64,000 bases of DNA, taken from positions 64,001 to 128,000 of the IMG/VR virus record IMGVR_UViG_3300023179_000013; one strand, written 5' to 3'. The notes under the pieces are model-generated. The model made no database searches. It worked only from the letters and a program-made list of their open reading frames with translations, and was not told the DNA's origin. Shown piece after piece: positions 9,101-16,854 of the stretch. The number at the start of each line of letters is the position of its first letter. The stretch's first letter is position 1. This stretch comes from a virus. The position numbers were made by a program, and so were the translations under genes.

Positions 9101-12100
9101 AGCATCTTATGTTTTAAATGCTGTATCTGCCTCTTATGCATCAAACGCTGACTTATTAGATGGTAAAGACAGTACTATATTTGCTACTACAGGTTCAAAT
9201 ACCTTTATTGGTAATCAAACAGTAACAGGATCACTTATACAAACTGGAAGTTACTATCATGTTGGTGATAGTATTCATACAGGTAGTGTTTATCATAGTG
9301 GTAGTAAGTTTTTAAATGGAGTATTTTCACAAACAGGATCTTTAAGTATAACTGGTTCTACTACTCAAATAGGAAATAATACTTTAGTAGGTAATACTAT
9401 ATTATCAGGTAGTATTATAATTTCAGGTTCAAATACCACTCCTCCAACTCCTACAGTTAAAGTGTATGGAGATATGGAAACAAATGGTGTAATTAAATTT
9501 TTACCAGTTGTTAAAAGTATAGATACTTCAATATCTGCCTCTTACATTTATGTAAGTGGATCTACAAGTGATTTGTATTTTTCTCAAAATGGTAGTGGTT
9601 ATACTAACAATGTTCGCCTTCGCTGGATAGAAGGTAACTTGTATACTGGTTTATTAGGAGGTGGTGTACTAAGCTCCACTCCTGGATCAACAACATTTAA
9701 TTTATCTTCTGGTTCAGGTATTGTAGTAACTTTAAATGCATCTACTGGATCAGCAGATCCATATCCAACAGTCCAATATCTTAACTGGCCAACTTATACA
9801 AGCCAACCAATTATTAACTCTGGTTCGGCTAAAATTACTTATGTTAGTGTAAAATCAGATGGTACTATCAATCAACAAGTAGTACCAATTGGTTCAACAG
9901 ATATTACTCAATATGATACTCAAATTGAAATAGGTGTTGTATTACACTTATCTGATAGTGTATCTACTGGTGTTTATAATGCACCTCAAGTAGCATATGG
10001 ACAAGCTCAACGTACAGATGATTTTATTAGAGCGTTTGGACCAATAAAAATATCAGGACATACTTTACAACCTAGTGGATCAACATTAGGATTGATTAAA
10101 ACAGCAGGTACATCTTACAATAACGGATCTAATTATGTTGTAAATCCAAATCACCCATCTACAGTATCTGATCCGGCGATTACTACAAGTAAAATTTATC
10201 GCTACTATGTTTCAGGATCAACTCCAATAATTGATACTGGAGTTGCAGCTGCTGGTTACACAGTAATTGATCCTTCAAAATATAATAATAACGGTGTTTT
10301 ATCATCTGTAGCAGGTGGTCAGTATACAATCCAAAGAGTATTCTGGATTCCAAATTCACCAACAAACGCATTCTTAGTTTATTATGGTAATGCTGTTTAT
10401 AATAGTGCTGCAAACGCTCAAGCTGCAATTGATACAGAACCATTTACAGAAGCACCTAATACAGCAGCAAATGCTATTTTAGTAGCTTATATTATTGTGT
10501 TAGGTAACGAAACCAACCTAACAAATGCTACCTTTGTACAAGGTGGATTATTTAGATCAATAGCGGGTATAGGAAACAGCAATACATCTCCTGTATCCAA
10601 CACATTAGCAGGTTTATCAGATGTATCTATCGCTAGTAGAACATCAGGCGACTTATTATACTATAACGGTAGCCAATGGGTTAATAGTAAATCATTAACC
10701 GGCAACTATAGTATTACTGGTTCGTTTGCTACAAACGATGGCATTACAGCAGTAACTGTAACAGCAACATCATTTACAGGTTCATTAAGCGGTAGTGCTA
10801 CAAGTGCTTCATTTGCATCAACAGCATCATATGTTCTACAAGCAGTATCTGCTTCATTTGCCTCTACTGCATCATATGTAGCAAATGCTCAAACATCCTC
10901 TTATGTACTAAATGCTGTTAGTTCATCATACGCAGCAACAGCATCTGTTGCTCCATTATATGTACTAACTAGTGCTACATCATCGATGTTAGCTCCATAT
11001 GTTTTAACATCACAGACATCTTCAATGTCTGTATTAAGTTCATCATTTGCTGCAACATCATCATACGCAAACAACTTTACAGTAGCAGGTATTTTAACTG
11101 CTCAAACAATTGTTGTTCAAACAATAACATCCAGTACAGATTATGTAACTGGTTCTAGTCGCTTCGGAAGCACATTAAGTAATACACACCAGTTTACTGG
11201 CTCAGTAAGCATAACTGGAAGTTTAACTTCACCAAACATAACAGGTAGTTTATTTGGAACGGCTAGTTGGGCTAACAATGCTATAACAGCATCATACGTT
11301 TTAAATGCAGTAAGTAGCTCGTTTGCTTCTACAGCATCGTTTGTAGCAAATGCTCAAACAGCATCATACGTTTTAAATGCAGTAAGTAGCTCGTTTGCTT
11401 CTACAGCATCGTTTGTAGCAAATGCTCAAACAGCATCATATGTTTTACAAGCAATAAGTGCTTCATTTGCTTCTACAGCTTCATATGTTAATCCACTTAA
11501 CCAAACAGTACAGATAACTGGATCAATACAAGTAACAGGATCTAAGAGTACATTTATCAATACAGCTGCTAATGATACTGTAGCTGAATTTGTAGCTGGT
11601 GGTTCTACTGGTATAAGATTTAGTAGTGCAACCGTTGGATCTTCTGCTGCAGTGTTTATTCGTCCACAAGATGGATTAATACAAGGACAAAACTACAGCT
11701 ATTTCACAATAACAGGAGCAAGTGCTAAACTTAAATTAAGTACAGACAATTCAGCCAACCCAATAGAAATGCAGGGTGGCAATGTTCTTTTAAATACAAC
11801 CACAGACGCTGGCTTTAGATTAGATGTAAATGGTACCTCTCGCTTCCAAAACAACATGCTTGTAACAGGTTCTGTTACTGCAACTTCATTCACAGGCTCC
11901 TTAAGTGGCAGTGCTACAAGTGCAACAAGTGCTTCGTATGCAGCAACTGCATCATTTGTAACAACAGCTCAAACAGCATCATATGTCTTAAATGCAGTAA
12001 GCTCTTCATTCGCATCAACTGCATCGTTTGTTCAAAATGCAGTATCTGCTTCGTTTGCAACATCTGCAACTAGTGCTCAAACAGCTTCTTATGTTCTAAA

Positions 12101-13988
12101 TGCAGTAAGTGCTTCATTTGCTAGTACTGCCTCATATGTTAATCCGCTTGTACAAAACGTATTAGTAACAGGCTCTCTTACAGTTACAGGAAGTGCATTA
12201 GCTAGCAATCTATATTCCGGTTATACTTTATATATTTCAAGAACAGACCAAGGAGGAATTCCCAACTCAAATTCAGGCTATATAAGATATGGAACTAATA
12301 ATGATTTTCGATTTTATACTCATACAAACGCATTTGCTCCATTAGTAGTTGCAGATGTTGGAGGAGGTTATGATGGATTCTCTAGAGTATTTTTTCCAAG
12401 TTATGGTAATATAGTTATAGGAACTAGTGCAAATAAACCAAATACAACAATATATGGTAATGTAAGTATAGACTCAAATACATTTCCCGGCTATAAACTT
12501 TATGTTTCTGGATCAGGTACTTCTGGCTCACTTAACATAGATGATACACTATATATTAATTCAAGTAGAAATGTATTAATAGGTACTACTACAGACGCTG
12601 GTTATAAGTTAGATGTAAATGGTACTTCTCGTTTTACAAATAACATGCTCGTAACAGGCTCTGTTACAGCAACTTCATTTACCGGTTCTTTAAGCGGTAG
12701 TGCAACTAGCGCTACTAGTGCATCATTTGCATCTACTGCATCATTTGTAACAACAGCACAAACAGCATCATATGTTTTAAATGCAGTATCTGCTTCATTT
12801 GCAACATCTGCAACTACTGCTCAAACAGCATCATATGTTTTAAATGCTATATCTGCTTCATTCGCATCAACAGCATCTAGTGTTAATACATTAAACCAAA
12901 ATGTAATAATAACAGGTAGCTTAACAGTAGGAGCTACTTCAGTTGGAGCAAATGAAAATACATTAATATTAGGACCAGCTCCAGCAGGTGGCGCAGGTGA
13001 AGGTGGACAGTTATTATTACAAGCTAAAGGAGATAGTGGATATACCTCAGCTTCAATGCTTGATAACTGGCAAAACTATACTAGATTATTAAGAGGTAGT
13101 AATCAAAGTAGTGATGCAGTGGTAACTCAATGGAATATGCATACCAAACAGGTATCATTTCCAGCATATAATAGTGTATCAGCATTTGCAGGAACGGCAG
13201 TAGCTAACTTAGCAGTTGATTCGGGTGGTAATATTCTTACAGTATCAACATCAGGAGGAAGTGTTTTTCCTTATACTGGAGTTGCATCTATAAATGGTGG
13301 ATTAATAGTAACCGGTTCTATAACTGCATCTAGTGCTATTCACGCTCAAGCAAATGGTGCAATGTATTTTAGAGGTGGTGATGATGCTGAGTTATGGGAT
13401 ATAAACGTTGCAAATACAGTTGGTGTTTACGGACAACAAGATCAAACAGTAGGCTCTATCAAATTAGGTAGTGGTGGTGGAACAATTTCAGGTAAAAGTG
13501 GAAATATTGGTATTGGTACTATAAATCCAACCTCAGCTTCATTACAAGTAAATGGTAATGTATTTGCTACTTCATTTACTGGTTCATTACTTGGAACAGC
13601 ATCGTTTGCTACTACATCTACAAGTGCTTCATTTGCAGCAACAGCATCGTTTGCGTCTAGTGGATTTACAGTTGGTATATCTCAATTCCAAACAGCAACA
13701 GTAGCATCATCGATTGCCGGTGCAAATAACTTATTTACTACACCAACAGGTTCCTTCACAGGCGCTAAATACTTATATACCGTAACAAGCGGTTCAAACG
13801 CTAGAATGGGTGAAATATTTGCAGTATGGAGTGGTGGTAGTGTTCAATATACTGATATTTCAACATTAGATATTGGAACTACAACAACTGTTACAGCATC
13901 AGTTTCAATAGTAACAGCACAAGCACAATTGAACTTCCAAACCAATACTAGTGGATGGACAATTAAATCACAAGCAACATTTATTTAA
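6123..13988 (+). CDS. Giant modular tail fibre protein (2621 aa)
   Basis: N-terminal LKRSAVPGKVP...GEIAINTYDGK fibre-attachment motif; dozens of ASFASTASYV-type repeats; repeated THQFTGS and TTTDAGYKLDVNG modules. Confidence 0.85.
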   Translation: MAVNIELKRSAVPGKVPTTSSLNLGEIAINTYDGKVYFKKDNGTASIVELAALASGSLPPTSSYSISSSYAVTASYAVTSTSASYALSSSYSFNATSASYSLTATSASYATSASYSNTSSYAATATSASYSLTATSASYAATASSADDFTVRGTLTAQTIIAQYITSSTEYITGSTKFGSQLSNTHQFTGSVSITGSLAINGVDYASTSASFNTRITNNSASIAALSASFNGFSGSFNTGSFTGSFNGQFIGSFSGSLNNLQGAPTYIPFFSSSQVLANSSMYQVGTSSIAINQTNITTANPEALYVSQTHPTSINVISGKGNLNNYLQLNIFNTNQGASASSDIVATANNGNETTNYIDMGINSELYNQNFIGAANDAYLYSTGNDLHIGNATSNKALQFFVGGTDVDVYNKLQLNSDNRHNMSGSLDVSGSIKAQSFTGSLLGTASYAANANTASYALNASNAVSSSFASTASYVLQAVSASFATQAANATSASFATTASYVLQAVSASYWSGSILNATSASFASTASFVANAQTASFVQNAVSASFALTASYASNVPATASYALQALSSSYALTASYAMNGGSGTSFPYTGSAIITGSLVVTGSTTSTGGFTGSLLGTSSFANNATSASYATTASYVLNAVSSSFASTASFVANAQTASYVLQAVSASFATSASLAQTASYVLNAVSSSFAATASRVNQLNQAVVISGSLTVTGSTNFVGDTGTTLFSANADTLTFTGSIYTSGSIVSTGSLNITSITSSLLGTASYATQALTASNANTASYILNAVSSSFASTASFVANAQTASYVLQAVSSSFATSASYALSSSQAQNATSASFAITSVTASYANNLTVAGTLTAQTIVAQYITSSTEYITGSTQFGSIITNTHQFTGSVSVSGSLAVNGSNVILTNQTSSMSVATASFVQNAVSSSFASTASFVANAQTASYVLQAVSASFATSASQAQNATTASYILNAVSSSFASTASFVQNAQTASYVLNAVSASYASNADLLDGKDSTIFATTGSNTFIGNQTVTGSLIQTGSYYHVGDSIHTGSVYHSGSKFLNGVFSQTGSLSITGSTTQIGNNTLVGNTILSGSIIISGSNTTPPTPTVKVYGDMETNGVIKFLPVVKSIDTSISASYIYVSGSTSDLYFSQNGSGYTNNVRLRWIEGNLYTGLLGGGVLSSTPGSTTFNLSSGSGIVVTLNASTGSADPYPTVQYLNWPTYTSQPIINSGSAKITYVSVKSDGTINQQVVPIGSTDITQYDTQIEIGVVLHLSDSVSTGVYNAPQVAYGQAQRTDDFIRAFGPIKISGHTLQPSGSTLGLIKTAGTSYNNGSNYVVNPNHPSTVSDPAITTSKIYRYYVSGSTPIIDTGVAAAGYTVIDPSKYNNNGVLSSVAGGQYTIQRVFWIPNSPTNAFLVYYGNAVYNSAANAQAAIDTEPFTEAPNTAANAILVAYIIVLGNETNLTNATFVQGGLFRSIAGIGNSNTSPVSNTLAGLSDVSIASRTSGDLLYYNGSQWVNSKSLTGNYSITGSFATNDGITAVTVTATSFTGSLSGSATSASFASTASYVLQAVSASFASTASYVANAQTSSYVLNAVSSSYAATASVAPLYVLTSATSSMLAPYVLTSQTSSMSVLSSSFAATSSYANNFTVAGILTAQTIVVQTITSSTDYVTGSSRFGSTLSNTHQFTGSVSITGSLTSPNITGSLFGTASWANNAITASYVLNAVSSSFASTASFVANAQTASYVLNAVSSSFASTASFVANAQTASYVLQAISASFASTASYVNPLNQTVQITGSIQVTGSKSTFINTAANDTVAEFVAGGSTGIRFSSATVGSSAAVFIRPQDGLIQGQNYSYFTITGASAKLKLSTDNSANPIEMQGGNVLLNTTTDAGFRLDVNGTSRFQNNMLVTGSVTATSFTGSLSGSATSATSASYAATASFVTTAQTASYVLNAVSSSFASTASFVQNAVSASFATSATSAQTASYVLNAVSASFASTASYVNPLVQNVLVTGSLTVTGSALASNLYSGYTLYISRTDQGGIPNSNSGYIRYGTNNDFRFYTHTNAFAPLVVADVGGGYDGFSRVFFPSYGNIVIGTSANKPNTTIYGNVSIDSNTFPGYKLYVSGSGTSGSLNIDDTLYINSSRNVLIGTTTDAGYKLDVNGTSRFTNNMLVTGSVTATSFTGSLSGSATSATSASFASTASFVTTAQTASYVLNAVSASFATSATTAQTASYVLNAISASFASTASSVNTLNQNVIITGSLTVGATSVGANENTLILGPAPAGGAGEGGQLLLQAKGDSGYTSASMLDNWQNYTRLLRGSNQSSDAVVTQWNMHTKQVSFPAYNSVSAFAGTAVANLAVDSGGNILTVSTSGGSVFPYTGVASINGGLIVTGSITASSAIHAQANGAMYFRGGDDAELWDINVANTVGVYGQQDQTVGSIKLGSGGGTISGKSGNIGIGTINPTSASLQVNGNVFATSFTGSLLGTASFATTSTSASFAATASFASSGFTVGISQFQTATVASSIAGANNLFTTPTGSFTGAKYLYTVTSGSNARMGEIFAVWSGGSVQYTDISTLDIGTTTTVTASVSIVTAQAQLNFQTNTSGWTIKSQATFI
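11285..11440 (+). repeat. Exact 72-bp tandem repeat (about 2.2 copies) within the fibre gene
   Basis: The unit starting CAGCATCATACGTTTTAAATGCAGTAAGTAGCTCG occurs at 11287 and 11359, with a partial copy at 11431. Confidence 0.9.
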
Positions 13989-14000
13989 AAATAAAATAAC

Positions 14001-14186
14001 ATGATTTACGAAGTACAAATGCAATTCATTCCAGGTAACGATCAAATTTGGGTAGCAAGATTAAATCCAAATGATCCAATTTACCAATATGATAATTTTG
14101 CTGATGCACAAGCAAAAGCAACTGAATTGCAAGATGCTGACCCAACAGGAAGACAGTATCGTGTAACACAATTAGCAGCTGAATAA
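14001..14186 (+). CDS. Small hypothetical protein (possible fibre accessory)
   Basis: 61-aa ORF between the fibre and lectin genes, with an A-rich upstream region. Confidence 0.6.
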   Translation: MIYEVQMQFIPGNDQIWVARLNPNDPIYQYDNFADAQAKATELQDADPTGRQYRVTQLAAE

Positions 14187-14187
14187 T

Positions 14188-14844
14188 ATGGCTTTTGCAA
14201 ATGGTGGTTCTATAGTAACAAATGGTTTAGTGTTATCACTAGATGCTGCTGATAGGAATAGCTATGTGTCTGGGTCTACTACGTGGAGTGATTTAACTGG
14301 AAATGGAAATAATGGAACATTAACGAATGGACCAACATTTAATACTGGGAGTGGAGGTGCTATTGTGTTTGATGGAAGTAATGATTATTGTATAACAAAT
14401 TATACAAATAATCCTACCTACTTTACTTTTGAGTGTACTTTAAAAGTTAATGATCCTAGCTCAACAAAAGTATTTGTAGGGAAATACAACGGAGCAGGAG
14501 ATGCATATTGGATGGGAGTCTATACCGGTGGGCAGCAATTTATATTTAGCGTAAATAGTGGAGTTTTAAACAGTGGAGTTACTGTTTCAACTTCTCAAAT
14601 ATATACAGTAAGTTGTATAGTAGGTTCTGTAAATCAAGAAATATATGTAAATGGAGCAATAAAAAATTCTACAGGTACAACTACAACTAGCCCTGGAGGA
14701 GGATTAGTTTTAGCAGCCTTTGGAAGTAATTTAGGATTTTACTCCAATATAAACATATACAATTTTAGATTCTATAATCGCGCTCTTAGCGCAACAGAAA
14801 TTGCCCAAAACTACAACGCAACCAAAACCCGATTCGGACTATAA
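14188..14844 (+). CDS. LamG/concanavalin A-like lectin-domain protein 1
   Basis: LVLSLDAADRNSY..GSTTWSDL, FDGSNDY, YVNG, YNRALSATEIAQNYNA. Confidence 0.85.
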   Translation: MAFANGGSIVTNGLVLSLDAADRNSYVSGSTTWSDLTGNGNNGTLTNGPTFNTGSGGAIVFDGSNDYCITNYTNNPTYFTFECTLKVNDPSSTKVFVGKYNGAGDAYWMGVYTGGQQFIFSVNSGVLNSGVTVSTSQIYTVSCIVGSVNQEIYVNGAIKNSTGTTTTSPGGGLVLAAFGSNLGFYSNINIYNFRFYNRALSATEIAQNYNATKTRFGL

Positions 14845-15515
14845 TGGGAATATCAGGTGGACCAGATATAATCAACGATTCTAGCTTAGTACTAGCATTA
14901 GATGCTAGTGATAGAAATAGCTATGTTAGTGGATCTACTACTTGGTTTGATGTTAGTGGAAATAATAATAGTGGATCCTTAACTAATGGACCTACATTTA
15001 GTAGTGCTGAAGGCGGAAGTATTGTATTTGATGGAACAAATGATTATGCTACAACAAATTATACTGGTCAGCTTCTTGATTTTACTGCTTGTGTTTGGTT
15101 TAAATCAACATCTCCAACAAAGCCATACGAAAGGCTTGTTGATAAAAGTTATCAGAATGGATTTTGGATTGGTAGAAATTCAAGCAATCCCAATAGTTGG
15201 GGAGGTGGAGTAAGGGAATCAGCTTCTCCTTATGGTAGATATATAACTCTCAATGATAATCAATGGCATTTAATAGTTTCTATTAGAAGTGGCACTACTC
15301 ACACTATATATGGAGATGGAATAACAAATAGTGTTTCGGGAACCGTATCAGGAACAGCATTAGATTCAACAGCATTTTATATAGGAGTTGAAAATCCACT
15401 TTTTAATACATATTTGAGAGGTAATATAGCATCGGTTCAGATTTACAACCGCGCCCTCAGCGCCAGCGAAATCCTCCAAAACTACAACGCCCTAAAATCA
15501 CGTTTTAATTTATAA
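14844..15515 (+). CDS. LamG/concanavalin A-like lectin-domain protein 2
   Basis: Same scaffold: LDASDRNSY, FDGTNDY, NQWHLIV, YNRALSASEILQNYNA. Confidence 0.85.
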   Translation: MGISGGPDIINDSSLVLALDASDRNSYVSGSTTWFDVSGNNNSGSLTNGPTFSSAEGGSIVFDGTNDYATTNYTGQLLDFTACVWFKSTSPTKPYERLVDKSYQNGFWIGRNSSNPNSWGGGVRESASPYGRYITLNDNQWHLIVSIRSGTTHTIYGDGITNSVSGTVSGTALDSTAFYIGVENPLFNTYLRGNIASVQIYNRALSASEILQNYNALKSRFNL

Positions 15516-15519
15516 AGTT

Positions 15520-16221
15520 ATGGCAACACAATATGCAAATGGAAGAATAGTAACAGATAGTTTACTAGTAGTACTAGATGCTAGTGATAAATTATCTTAC
15601 CCAGGTTCTGGAGCAACGTGGACAGATGTGTCGGGAAATGGCAGAAATGCCACTATAGCAGGGACTGTAACAACAGGAAATAATTTTGGAGGTTATATAG
15701 AAACACCAGCAAACCAAACATCAACGTGTGTTATACTTCCAGAATCAGCTCCACAAGCTTTAACTAATGGACTCATATTTTCAATAGAGTGGTGGTGTAC
15801 AATGAAAGATACTGGAGGTGGAAGATATCAAATGTCAATGGTAAATTCAGGAGGAGGTAATTTATTTATTATAGGAAAAGATGCAAGTACATTTAGTATA
15901 TATGCTGTATCTTTACTAGCAGGAAATGCACCAACTTATACAGTAAATGTTCCTCAACAATTAGTAGTAACATCAGATGGATCAAATCAGCGTTTTTATA
16001 AAAATGGTGTAATAACCGGAACTTGGGGTGCACCATTATCAGAAATAAAAACTACGTGCGGTTGGATTATAGACCAAGAACAAGATGCTTGTAAAGGAGC
16101 ATTTGATCCTAATCAAAATACTTATGGGTGGTGGCATAGTGTTAAAATGTACAATAAAATGCTATCAGCAGCAGAAGTAGCACAAAACTACAACGCCCTA
16201 AAATCACGCTTCGGCTTATAA
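15520..16221 (+). CDS. LamG/concanavalin A-like lectin-domain protein 3
   Basis: LDASDKLSYPGSGATWTD...YNKMLSAAEVAQNYNA; divergent core. Confidence 0.8.
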   Translation: MATQYANGRIVTDSLLVVLDASDKLSYPGSGATWTDVSGNGRNATIAGTVTTGNNFGGYIETPANQTSTCVILPESAPQALTNGLIFSIEWWCTMKDTGGGRYQMSMVNSGGGNLFIIGKDASTFSIYAVSLLAGNAPTYTVNVPQQLVVTSDGSNQRFYKNGVITGTWGAPLSEIKTTCGWIIDQEQDACKGAFDPNQNTYGWWHSVKMYNKMLSAAEVAQNYNALKSRFGL

Positions 16222-16232
16222 ACAACAAAAAT

Positions 16233-16499
16233 ATGGAAACACAATTACAAGACTACGAAAATAGAAAATTCATAATCTTTAATGTATCAGAATTACCAAA
16301 CATTGATTTCACACAAGTGTGTGAAACATCAGCTGACACTGTTCGTAAATCAATAGATGGCACCAAAACATTCGTTAAGTGGGATGGTGATATGCCTCAA
16401 TGTGTAGCAGATTTAACCACTAAGGAAGGTCCATACACCTATGATGAAATTCTTACCATTCTTACTACAGAAGAATGGACGTCACCTATGCTTATTTAA
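16233..16499 (+). CDS. Hypothetical protein (possible fibre/lectin assembly factor)
   Basis: 88-aa acidic ORF directly after the lectin array. Confidence 0.65.
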   Translation: METQLQDYENRKFIIFNVSELPNIDFTQVCETSADTVRKSIDGTKTFVKWDGDMPQCVADLTTKEGPYTYDEILTILTTEEWTSPMLI

Positions 16500-16522
16500 T
16501 ATTTATATCAAATAAATAACAA

Positions 16523-16810
16523 ATGAAAGCAATCCAACCAGTAAACATTTGGGCAGGTGGCCAAAACGTACAAGCTAACAATTTAGACATGTATATTATC
16601 AATGATAATTTATCATCATCTGCTACATTCTACTATCAGTTATTAAATGTAACAACTGATGGTGAAGGTAATGTAACATCATCTCAACAATTAGCACAAG
16701 GCAATTTAACAATCAGTGGAACTGATTATGAAAATTGGGGTGATGCTGGTAATATTAATGATGCTGCTTATGTATGGGCTGCTGGTCAATTGAATTTAAC
16801 TTTAGTTTAA
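16523..16810 (+). CDS. Hypothetical fibre-associated protein
   Basis: 95-aa ORF preceded by ATATTTATA at 16499. Confidence 0.65.
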   Translation: MKAIQPVNIWAGGQNVQANNLDMYIINDNLSSSATFYYQLLNVTTDGEGNVTSSQQLAQGNLTISGTDYENWGDAGNINDAAYVWAAGQLNLTLV

Positions 16811-16821
16811 TATAAACCCCC

Positions 16822-16845
16822 GTCTCAGGGACAGTGAACTGAGGC
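16822..16845 (+). promoter_or_regulatory. Stem-loop with a GGACAGTGAA loop in the 5' leader of the second fibre gene
   Basis: GTCTCAG-GGACAGTGAA-CTGAGGC; no T-tract; ends 9 nt before the ATG. Confidence 0.45.
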
Positions 16846-16854
16846 AGTACATAA

